A model generated the notes under the pieces. That model saw only the letters and a list, made by a program, of their open reading frames with translations, was not told the origin of the DNA and did no database searches. This document shows positions 37,125-46,920 of a stretch of 64,000 nt of DNA, piece by piece. Within the stretch, counting starts at the first letter, position 1. Each line of letters begins with the position of its first letter. Source of the DNA: Azolla caroliniana (taxonomy: Eukaryota; Plantae; Polypodiophyta); the NCBI GenBank assembly GCA_043228905.1, contig JBHGNT010000011.1, positions 7,006,001 through 7,070,000 of the forward strand, written 5' to 3'. Made by a program: the position numbers and the translations under genes.

Positions 37125-37335
37125 CACCGGGTCTGCACCATCCGGCTCTCCGTAGCCGGGTACTCCTCATCCGGTCTTCACCGGGTTTGTACCATCCGGC
37201 TCTCCGTAGCCGGGTACTCCTCATCCGGTCTTCACCGGGTCTGTACCATCCGGCTCTCCGTAGCCGGGTACTCCTGATCCGGTCTTCACCGGGTCTGTAT
37301 CATCCGGCTCTCCGTAGTCGGGTACTCGTCATCTG
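37125..37335. repeat. 54-bp tandem repeat x4 in LTR U3
   Basis: Unit ccggctctccgtagccgggtactcctcatccggtcttcaccgggtctgtaccat. Confidence 0.9.
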
Positions 37336-38221
37336 GATTCGGCCTCGGCCGAGTTTGTTCATCGGCATTGTTCTTCTCCCTTCCCATCCGGAGGGACCTA
37401 TCTCCCAATAAACTCCCCCTTCACTCTAGCATGAGGTGTCTTACCAGTCCGATCCTCTTCCGGCATGCATCCAGCTTGTCGGGTATCAACACTTTGGTCA
37501 GCATATCTGACCCGTTCTCGGCCGTGTGGATCTTCGTCAGCGCGAACTCCTGGTCATCTACTCTTTCCCGGATCCAGTGATACCTTTGCTGGATATGCTT
37601 CGTCCGGGAATGGTAGGCCGCATTCTTAGCAAGGTCGATGGCACTTTGACTGTCGCAATAGAGCCGGTATTCATCTTGTTGTTGTCTGCATGGCCGGACT
37701 AGCCTCAACACAGGTGTCTATCCACACTTCTCCAAAGGGGTGGTTGTAGTAAAACAGTGCTCGGCCACAACCGAGGAATAGGATCAACTTTCAGAAAACA
37801 GGAAATACAAAATGCACGAAGTACAATAGAGAGAAGAGTACACGGGATGTTTTACGTGGAAAACCCTAACTGGGGAAAAACCACGGGAGTCCTCAAACTC
37901 CAACTATCACTATAGACAGAGATGTACAATGGTGAAGCTACAAGGCAACAACCTTGAGCTCACTGTCTTCGCCACAGGCGGCGGCAGTACACAGAGGCAA
38001 CGACCTCTTCGTCTCTCTCTCTCTCTCTCTCTCTCGGCTACTCACTTTTCTCTCTCTCTCGGCTGAAAACAAAAATGAGCAACAACATAAACTGTTTGCC
38101 CTAAGTCATATTTATACACATATGAATTTCGGGCTATTTACAAATATAGCCTCAAGGGCTCTTGGCAAACATATTCACAAATATGTCCCCGCATCCGGAT
38201 CTCTCTCCGGGTACATTCGTC

Positions 38222-38350
38222 ATCCGGCTCCGTAACCGGGGTCTTCAGCATCCGGCTCCGTAACCGGGGTCTTCATCATCCGGCTCCGTAGCCGGGGTCT
38301 TCATCATCCGGCTCCGTAGCCGGGGTCTTCATCATCCGGCTCCGTAACCG
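38222..38350. repeat. 28-bp tandem repeat (~4.5 units) in LTR U3; also at ~43005-43135
   Basis: Unit ccggctccgta(a/g)ccggggtcttca(t/g)cat. Confidence 0.9.
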
Positions 38351-38423
38351 CAACCGGGCTTGCCGTCATTTATCTCCGGGGACATCCCATCCGGAGGGAT
38401 CGAAATCCCAACAAACTCCCCCT

Positions 38424-41400
38424 TCACTTCGGCATGGGATGTCTCTCCAATCCAATCCTCTTCCGGCATGCTTCCAACTTGTCGGGTGTGAGCACTTTGG
38501 TCAGCATATCTGAGCCGTTCTCGTCCGTGTGGATCTTCATCAGCACGAACTCCTGGTCTTCTATCCTTTCCCGGATCCAGTGATATCTTCGCTGGATGTG
38601 CTTCGTCCGGGAGTGATAGGCCGCGTTCTTCGCAAGGTGGATGGCACTCTGACTGTCACAGTAGAGTCGGTACTCCTCCTGCCGGATACCGAGCTCTCTA
38701 ATGAAGTCCTTCATCCATATCATTTCCTTGCCGGCTTCAACAGCCGCCATGTACTCCGCCTCCGTGGTTGACAACGCAACCGTCTTCTGCAGCCTCGACT
38801 GCCACGAAACAGCTCCCCCTGCATACGTCATCACATACCCTGATGTGGACCGGCTGGTATCTGCATCAGCCGACATATCCGAATCGGTAAAGCCGTCGAG
38901 TTCGGGCTTACCGGAGCCGAATCGGAGGCATACGTTTGCCGTGCCCTTCAGGTATCGGAGTATCCACTTGACCGCGTTCCAGTGTTCTTTGCCGGGATTG
39001 CTCATGTACCGGCTCACCACTCCGACTGCATATCCTATGTCCGGTCTTGTACACACCATTGCGTACATCAAGCTTCCGACGGCAGAGGCATATGGTACTT
39101 TCATCATGTCCTCTTTCTCAGCCTTTGTCTTGGGGCTTTGCTTGCTGGACAGCTTGCAGTTTGCCGGGAGAGTTGATCCGACCGGTCTTGCTTCCGACAT
39201 GTTGAACCGGTGAAGCACCTTTGTTACGTACTTCTCCTGTGACAGCCACAACTGCTTCTTCTTCCGGTCTCGGATGATGTGCATCCCTAGTATTTGCCTC
39301 GCCGGACCCAGGTCCTTCATTGAGAAGGTTCGGTGAAGCGCTTTCTTCAGCATCTGTATCTTGACCTGGTCCCGTCCGACGATCAACATGTCGTCCACGT
39401 ACAGGAGGAGTATTAGAGAGTCTCCTCCTTCGAACTTCATCACAAACACGCAGTGATCGGACTGCGTTTTGTGGTACCCTTCGTCGGTCATGAAGGAGTC
39501 GAACTTCCGGTACCATTGCCGGGGAGCCTGCTTCAGTCCGTAAAGGCTCTTCTTCAACCGGCATACCAGGTGCTCCTTCCCTTTCTTCTCGAATCCTTCC
39601 GGTTGCTGCATGTAGATCTCTTCTTCGAGGTCACCGTGAAGGAATGCCGTCTTCACGTCCATCTGTTCTACCTCGAGGTCCATGCTTGCCGCTATGCTCA
39701 GCACCGTCCGGATGGAGGTCATCTTCACTACCGGGGCAAATATCTCGTCGAAGTCGACGCCCTTCTTCTGCTGGAACCCCTTCACTACGATCCTGGCTTT
39801 GTATCTCGGGGGGTTTCCGGCATCTCCCGGTTTCAGCTTGAACACCCACTTGTTTCGAAGTGCCCGCTTTCCTCTCGGCAACTCCACAAGTTCATATGTG
39901 TGGTTCTCATGCAGGGAATCCATCTCGTCCTGCATGGCACTCAACCACCTGCGGCTATGGGTGTCATGCTTCGCTTCTTCAAAGCTCTCCGGCTCCCCCT
40001 CGTCGGTTAGCAGCACGTGCTCTGGTTCCGGAAATCTCCGGGGGGCCCTTCTCTCTCTTAGAGGATATCTCCGTTCCGGAGCTTCGATAACCGGCTCCTC
40101 CGTTTCCTCTTCATCCGAATCCATTTCGGGATCGGGGCCGGTTCCGGTATCAGTTTCATCTTCCTCGGCCGGTTCTGTTTCTTCACCGTCTTCGGCCGGA
40201 TCCTCGAGTGCTAACCGGTCCCTTGCCGGTCGGGACTGCTCTTCGTAGGGTTTATCCTCACCGGTCGACTTGGAGCTCTTCATCTTCTTCTCCGACTCCC
40301 AGTCGGCGAGTGTCTTGTCCTCCATGAAGATGATATCTCGACTCCTGAATATCTTCTTGTCGACCGGGTCCCATACTCGGTAGCCGAACTCGTCGTCGCC
40401 GTAACCGAGGAATATGCATGGCCGGGTCTTTGGGTCTAGCTTTCCTCTCCGGTCCTTTGCCACATGCACATATGCGAGACACCCGAACACCTTCAGATGC
40501 CGGTAGGATACTTCCCTACCGGTCCACACTCTCTGCGGCGTGTCTCCGTCCAAAGGTACTGAGGGTGATCTGTTTATCACGTATGTCGCCGTTGACATTG
40601 CCTCAGCCCAAAACCCCTTGGGTAATTTCGCATGCGCCAGCATACTCCGGACCCTCTCCATTATGGTCCGGTTCATCCTCTCGGCCAGCCCGTTCAGTTC
40701 CGGCGTCTTCGGCACAGTAAACTCGAGCCGGATTCCCTTCGAGCGACAGTACTCCTCGAACTGCCCCCGGTATTCCCCTCCGTTATCCGCTCGTATCGCT
40801 TTCAGCTCCCTGCCGGATTCCCTTTCCACTCTCGCGTGGAGTTCCTTGAAGACGGACAATACTTGGTCCTTTGTCGTCAACGGTGCCGTCCACAGCTTCC
40901 GGCTATGGTCATCTATGAAAGTTACAAAGTACTGGGCTCCGCCATGTGACTTCGTTTCTACCTGACACACGTCAGTGTGCACCAACTCCAATGGTGCGCT
41001 ACGTCTCGTCGGTGGCCTTGAGTGGAAGGGGGTCCGGTTTTGCTTACCGGCCAGACAGTCGATACACTTCCCCAAGTGTACATGCTTTACCGGTATCAGG
41101 TTGTCTTCGGCAAGCCTCTTCATCCCCTTCTCGCTCATGTGGCACAGTCTCTTGTGCCATAGCTCACCGGCAGTGTCAGCTGCCACGTTCAGCTCCTCCG
41201 GACATAGCCGGGAATTCATCAGGTACAGTGTGTTGATCTTCCGGGCCCGAGCCACTATCAGGCTCCCTTTGCTGAACTTCATGACACCGTTCCGGATGCT
41301 ACCCGTGTAGCCTTCATCGTCTAGCCTCCCGGCCGAAATCAGGTTCAATCGAACCTCCGGAACGTGTCGAACATCCTTCAGCAGCATCTTGCATCCGGTT

Positions 41401-42497
41401 GATGTCATCAGCCACACGTCTCCTATGCCGGCAATCCGGCATGTACCTTCATTTCCCATCCGGACACAGCCGTGCTCACCGGCTGTGTAGGATGAGAAGT
41501 ATTTCTTCTCCGGGGTCAGGTGGAACGACGCTCCGGAATCGACCACCCAGGTCATCTCTTCACTAGCAAGGTTCAGCTCCCTCTCTTCGGTAATGAGCAT
41601 TATCTCTTCTTCACTTGCCGCGAGTGCCGTCGTTCCTTTCCGGTCCTGCCCTCGCCGATCCGGACCTCTTCGGTCCGTGGCTCCCCGGTATGCACCGTTT
41701 CGCTCCGGTGACTTCTTCGAATCGGTGTCGTCGGCTCCGTTGTCCTTTCGGTAATGCCGACAATTCTTCCGGAAGTGCCCCGGCTTCCCACAGTGGAAGC
41801 ATGTGGGTCTTCCTCTTGACTGCGACCGGGTCCCCGACTTCTCCCGTCTTTGCGGACTCCGGTTCCATTGTCTTCCCCGTTCCGATTCGGTAAGCAGCAT
41901 CTTCGGATCGGAAACCGGTTCTTTATCTCTCCGACGCGCTTCTTCGTTCAAAATGCTTGTCTTTACCGTTTGTAGAGACAAGTTATCTTCGGTGCAGGAG
42001 GTGCTGAGAGTCACCACCAAGTTCTCCCAGCTTTCCGGTAATGTACACATCAGAATGATGGCTTGCATTGCATCCTCCAACGGGAACTTGATCGCCGCAA
42101 GCTGGTTCACGAATCCCATGAATGTGCTCACGTGTTCAACCATATTCTCGCCGTCCCGGTACTTGAGGTTCACTATCTTCCTCATCAGGGAGGTTCGGTT
42201 CAACGCATTCTTCCTCTCGTAGAGGCCCGACGGCTTCTTCCACATCTCATATGCGTTGGTGTCATTCGCCACATGTTGTAGAACGCTTACATCGACATAT
42301 TGCCGGATCGTCGCTACGGCTTTCCGGTTCAGGAGCTTCCACTCCGACTCTATTACCCCCTTGGGTATCTCGGCATTGTCGATCGGTTCATACAGGTCTC
42401 GGACGATGAGAAGGTCTTCCATCTTTATCTTCCAGTCGGCGTAGTTATGTGAGTTCAACACCATCATGCCCGGAGGCCCACTACCGCCGCCTTCCAT
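38424..42497 (-). CDS. gag-pol: Copia Gag-Pol polyprotein, 1357 aa, uninterrupted
   Basis: CFHCGKPGHFRKNC, VVDSGAS, HTDVC..ADNGGEY..NGLAERMN, QMDVKTAFL, YVDDML, CDSQSA and RTKHI. The start is taken as the first ATG after the PBS. Confidence 0.96.
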   Translation of the reverse strand: MEGGGSGPPGMMVLNSHNYADWKIKMEDLLIVRDLYEPIDNAEIPKGVIESEWKLLNRKAVATIRQYVDVSVLQHVANDTNAYEMWKKPSGLYERKNALNRTSLMRKIVNLKYRDGENMVEHVSTFMGFVNQLAAIKFPLEDAMQAIILMCTLPESWENLVVTLSTSCTEDNLSLQTVKTSILNEEARRRDKEPVSDPKMLLTESERGRQWNRSPQRREKSGTRSQSRGRPTCFHCGKPGHFRKNCRHYRKDNGADDTDSKKSPERNGAYRGATDRRGPDRRGQDRKGTTALAASEEEIMLITEERELNLASEEMTWVVDSGASFHLTPEKKYFSSYTAGEHGCVRMGNEGTCRIAGIGDVWLMTSTGCKMLLKDVRHVPEVRLNLISAGRLDDEGYTGSIRNGVMKFSKGSLIVARARKINTLYLMNSRLCPEELNVAADTAGELWHKRLCHMSEKGMKRLAEDNLIPVKHVHLGKCIDCLAGKQNRTPFHSRPPTRRSAPLELVHTDVCQVETKSHGGAQYFVTFIDDHSRKLWTAPLTTKDQVLSVFKELHARVERESGRELKAIRADNGGEYRGQFEEYCRSKGIRLEFTVPKTPELNGLAERMNRTIMERVRSMLAHAKLPKGFWAEAMSTATYVINRSPSVPLDGDTPQRVWTGREVSYRHLKVFGCLAYVHVAKDRRGKLDPKTRPCIFLGYGDDEFGYRVWDPVDKKIFRSRDIIFMEDKTLADWESEKKMKSSKSTGEDKPYEEQSRPARDRLALEDPAEDGEETEPAEEDETDTGTGPDPEMDSDEEETEEPVIEAPERRYPLRERRAPRRFPEPEHVLLTDEGEPESFEEAKHDTHSRRWLSAMQDEMDSLHENHTYELVELPRGKRALRNKWVFKLKPGDAGNPPRYKARIVVKGFQQKKGVDFDEIFAPVVKMTSIRTVLSIAASMDLEVEQMDVKTAFLHGDLEEEIYMQQPEGFEKKGKEHLVCRLKKSLYGLKQAPRQWYRKFDSFMTDEGYHKTQSDHCVFVMKFEGGDSLILLLYVDDMLIVGRDQVKIQMLKKALHRTFSMKDLGPARQILGMHIIRDRKKKQLWLSQEKYVTKVLHRFNMSEARPVGSTLPANCKLSSKQSPKTKAEKEDMMKVPYASAVGSLMYAMVCTRPDIGYAVGVVSRYMSNPGKEHWNAVKWILRYLKGTANVCLRFGSGKPELDGFTDSDMSADADTSRSTSGYVMTYAGGAVSWQSRLQKTVALSTTEAEYMAAVEAGKEMIWMKDFIRELGIRQEEYRLYCDSQSAIHLAKNAAYHSRTKHIQRRYHWIRERIEDQEFVLMKIHTDENGSDMLTKVLTPDKLEACRKRIGLERHPMPK

Positions 42498-43576
42498 TTT
42501 CTGTGTTAACCGTGCTCTGATACCAATTTGTAGTAAAACAGTGCTCGGCCACAACCGAGGAATAGGATCAACTTTCAGAAAACAGGAAATACAAAATGCA
42601 CGAAGTACAATAGAGAGAAGAGTACACGGGATGTTTTACGTGGAAAACCCTAACTGGGGAAAAACCACGGGAGTCCTCAAACTCCAACTATCACTATAGA
42701 CAGAGATGTACAATGGTGAAGCTACAAGGCAACAACCTTGAGCTCACTGTCTTCGCCACAGGCGGCGGCAGTACACAGAGGCAACGACCTCTTCGTCTCT
42801 CTCTCTCTCTCTCTCTCTCGGCTACTCACTTTTCTCTCTCTCTCGGCTGAAAACAAAAATGAGCAACAACATAAACTGTTTGCCCTAAGTCATATTTATA
42901 CACATATGACTTTCGGGCTATTTACAAATATAGCCTCAAGGGCTCTTGGCAAACATATTCACAAATATGTCCCCGCATCCGGATCTCTCTCCGGGTACAT
43001 TCGTCATCCGGCTCCGTAACCGGGGTCTTCATCATCCGGCTCCGTAACCGGGGTCTTCAGCATCCGGCTCCGTAACCGGGGTCTTCAGCATCCGGCTCCG
43101 TAACCGGGGTCTTCATCATCCGGCCCCGTAACCGCAACCGGGCTTGCCGTCATTTATCTCCGGGGACATCCCATCCGGAGGGACCGAAATCCCAACAGTG
43201 GTAAGGATTGAATGCTAGGTTACACGCGTAAGATGATTACAATTAAGCACAGACGGTAAACAATACGAAGATACAGATAAACACGCAATAATTACTATTG
43301 TATTACTTCCGTCAAACCCTTTACAATTCAACAGATCCTTTTATAGGCATCCGGCAAGGTTACAATCGGTGCGCTTAGGCAACCGACATCCGAATCGGTC
43401 CGAATCCAGATCGGTACAACTGTACCGGATCCGTCCCTCCGAATAATAATTCTACTATTATTTACTTCCTATTATCCGATCCGACTTCGCCTTCCCACTT
43501 GTCCTTGCTCTTCTGACCGGCCAACACATGGCACGCCCGTGGGAAAGTGCCTTGCACTTCGAATCCACTCCCGGTC

Positions 43577-46500
43577 TCATTCTTCCTCCAAAATATCGAG
43601 CACACTCTGCTCGATGGTGTCAAGTGGTGCTTCTTCCCCCAATTCTTGTTCCTTGCCTGCCTGGTCTCCGACCTCCGGTTGGGTTGGCTGTTCCGTAAAA
43701 ATTTGCTGCTCCAACTCTGCTTGATTCTGTGGTGCCGGTGCTTCCTCACCGCTTCGTCCGGGTTCTTCCTGTTCTCCCTCCGTTCCAGGCTCTGTTCTGT
43801 TACCAGTGTCGCTTTCTCCAGTCTCGACTGGTCGGCTCGATACGCCTCCTTCCTCTGCTCGGGTGTCTTCCGGTCTCAGCTCTTCTTCTTCTCCGGCATC
43901 GGTCTGCTCCTGCTCTTCTTTTTCTCCTTCGAACGGAAGTTCTTCATCGGGTATTCCTCGTCGGGGTTGTTCGGTGTCGGTTGGTTCAATTTTAGCCGGT
44001 CTCTCTCCCTCACTAATAGTGATTGGCGTCGTTCTTCCCTTAGCTTCCTGTTGTAACCAGTCCTGCTCGTATCTCTCCAACTCCAACTGAGTTGCGAGCT
44101 GCCCGTCATCCAACCTCTCTACCAACCCTCAGATTTCTTTGAGATGTTCTTCCGCTAAAGCGTAGAAATCCTCCGACAATTCTTCCCGAATGGCGACGAT
44201 ACTTTCTTCATCCATCTTGTAGAACTTGTCACCGGTCTTCCTCCGATTCTCGGCATCCGCTCGGAGTGTCTGCAGCTCGGCTGCCTGTTGTGACCACTCC
44301 TTCCATAGCTTTTCCGTACTTTCGTTGATGCTTGCCTGAGCTCGGGTACTCCATCCTGACATGATGAGCTTGATCCGGTCGACCCCCGCCTTAGCATGCG
44401 CATAAGCTTCTTGCTTTTCCTTCCTTGCCCGTTTTATAATGTCGGCCATTATCTGAGCCTGGGCCTCGTAATCCGCTTTCTGCTTTTCATAGGTACTTTG
44501 CAGTTTGCTGATCGTGAAGGTCGATTTTTCCTTTTCTTCATTCCTGATCTTGGTCAGATCCAGCTTTTCCCGCCTTAGCGCCTCTAATTCCTTCCTTCTG
44601 TCCGTCGCTTGGGCTATTTCCGCCGACAATGCTTCCTTGTTGGCACTGACCTCATCCATTGCCTTAGCCAGGTCTAATCGGGTCTCTTTGAGCTGTTCTT
44701 TCAACTTCTCTATTTGCCGGTCGTAGTCTGCTGCCCGTTTCTTGTTGTCCGACTCGGCCTGCTTGTGATCTCGGTAGAGACGGTCGAAGTCCTCCGTCTT
44801 CTGCTTCAGGCGTCAGTTTGCTTGAGCTCTTAACCGATCGTCCCGGTCCTTCTGTTGTCGGAGTTCTTCGTGCAGTCGTTCTATCTCCTGCTCGGCATGT
44901 CGACGCAGTCGGTCCTTCTCCTTTTGCAGCTTCTCTTTTTCTTCTTGCAGTCGGTCATTAGTGGCTCGGCCTTTCCGTAGGCCTTCTTCCATTTTTCGTC
45001 TGTCCTCCTCCACCGCTTTCCGCTGCTCCCTTTCTTTTTCCCTTAATGCCTCTTGAGCTTTTAACTCCTCTCGTAAGGTTTCTATTATTTTTTTGGTCTC
45101 AGGGCCGGTTTGCAAGGCTACCGGTTCCAGTTCCGGTTCTGGTTGCTTCCTTGTTGTCCCGACCGGCTCGGTGACAACTTGTGCTTGTTGAATTCCTTCC
45201 CTTGCCTGCAACAGCTCCCCTTGCATTTCCTCGATCTGTGTTCGGAGCGCGACCAACTCCTGAGTTGTTGTATGCGTCAGCTGTTGCGTACACGTTTCTT
45301 CTTCCTCTAACTGGTTCGCTACTCCCGATAACTGCTCCGAAAGCCATCTCAGCCATTGTGGCTTTGTTCTTCCTGTGTCGGGGTGGCCTTGCTCACTTAA
45401 CTCCGGCTGTTTTTCTAGCCTTTTCTCTGGCTTCGGCGCTTGTTCATACTTCTTCTCTGGGATGACCGGTTCTCTGAAGTCCGGCACAACCGGTGTCGGT
45501 GCTGCTTCCCTCGGTACGGGTTCCGGTACTGCTTCCGCCTCGGCTACTGGAGGTGGTCCTTGTGCCCTCTCCTGAGTTTTGTCAACTGGTGGAGCCGGTC
45601 CTTTCGCCCGTCTCTCCCGACCTTGTTTTGCTGGGAGTCTTACCAGTGGTTCGGATGAGTCTTCAGTTTCAGCTTCCTCCTCCGGTGCGGCTACCAGACG
45701 GACCTTTTGTATAAAGACCTCTGGTTCCGGTTCCGGCCGTCGCAACGTTATATTGATTGGTTTGCGCGGTACCGGTTCCTCCTCGACCGATTTCCCTTTG
45801 CCTTTTCCTGCCGGTTTTGCCTTTCTTGCCGATTCCTGTTGCTGTCGGGATGGTCCTTCCCCCCGCTGTTCTGCTTCTTGCTGGGTCCATCCGGGGGTGT
45901 GTTTCTCCAAGATCTGTCGGCGCTTTGTGACCTTTTTCGGCGTCGTCTCCTGCCGACCTCTTTTCTTTTGTGTGATGGGGAGCACCGGTGGGACTAACAC
46001 CGTTAGCCATTGTGCTATCCCGGCCCATGGCTTTTTTCCTTCCACAAGATTCTTGATGGCCTCCTTCAATCCTTCGGTTATGAAATGGAGCCAGTCTACT
46101 TGTAATCCTTCGTATGCTGCTATTAAGAACGCTGCCCGGTACCTGGCTATGGTCGGGGGACGAGGATTCACGAATCCGTATTCCATCATGGCGCGGGCCA
46201 CTTCTCCGAATAGCAGGTTCTCTCCGCCCTGTGTTCGGTACGCCTTGCTGCTGATAGAATACTCACCGAAATATTCAAACAGGATTTCACTTGAAGGGTT
46301 TTCGATTGTTTGAAGCCCTCCTGCTTTTATCCCCGTGAGCGCTTGCACCGCTCCTTCCGTGATTTCTGATAAATCGATCGATGCTGCCGCCTGCTCTGGT
46401 TCTCCGTGTGGTGGAGCGTCGGCGATCCGCAGCAATCCTTTTAACCCGTTCTCCCTCATCCATTGGCGTGCCTCCTCCGACAGTACCATTGTTTCGAATT

Positions 46501-46690
46501 CTTCTTCTGCTGTCTGTTGTTCGGGATCGGGCTGTGTGTGCGTTGTGCGTCGGATCGCTCTTCTGTGCTTCTGCGCCTGTATGTAGGAAAATTCGTAAAC
46601 AGTGAGTCCTTCGCAGGCCTGTGTCTTATATAGTGGCTTTTGCCTTGAGCCGCCCTTTTTCGTTTCCCGCGCATGTTCCTCTCCCGCCAT
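43577..46690 (-). pseudogene. Extra ORF downstream of integrase, ~1037 codons with two in-frame TGA stops; long coiled coil and acidic tail; function unknown
   Basis: ORFs 44813-46753, 44129-44704 and 43577-44125 share one frame; ATG at 46690. Confidence 0.8.
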
Positions 46691-46920
46691 AATTAGTATG
46701 TGCTTTCTTGTTTGCCGCGTGTGGGTGCCCACGTTCCATGCTTTAAATAGCAAGTACGCGCACGTCCTTCTTTAATGCATGGTGCCTCTTCGTTGCATGG
46801 TGGCGCTCCCACCTCTTGTGATCTCCCATCATTACTATGATTCGCGTCGATTTTGCCCACGTCTTTTTTTTCTTTTTTCTTTTTTTTTTTTTTTTTTTCT
46901 CTTTCTTTGTTTGGACCACG

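Larger units (their letters stand above)
37745..43197 (-). mobile_element. Intact Tork/Tnt1-like Ty1/copia element (669-bp LTRs 37745-38413 and 42529-43197)
   Basis: TSD GTGGT (37740-37744, 43198-43202); PBS TGGTATCAGAGC at 42514-42525; PPT; single open gag-pol frame. Confidence 0.97.

Noticed and set aside
37043-37411. Repeat protein ORFs (HPALRSRVLLIRSSPGLY)n, also 54440-55066 and 63435-63953
   Set aside because: A by-product of a 54-bp stop-free tandem repeat within LTRs, antisense to the element.
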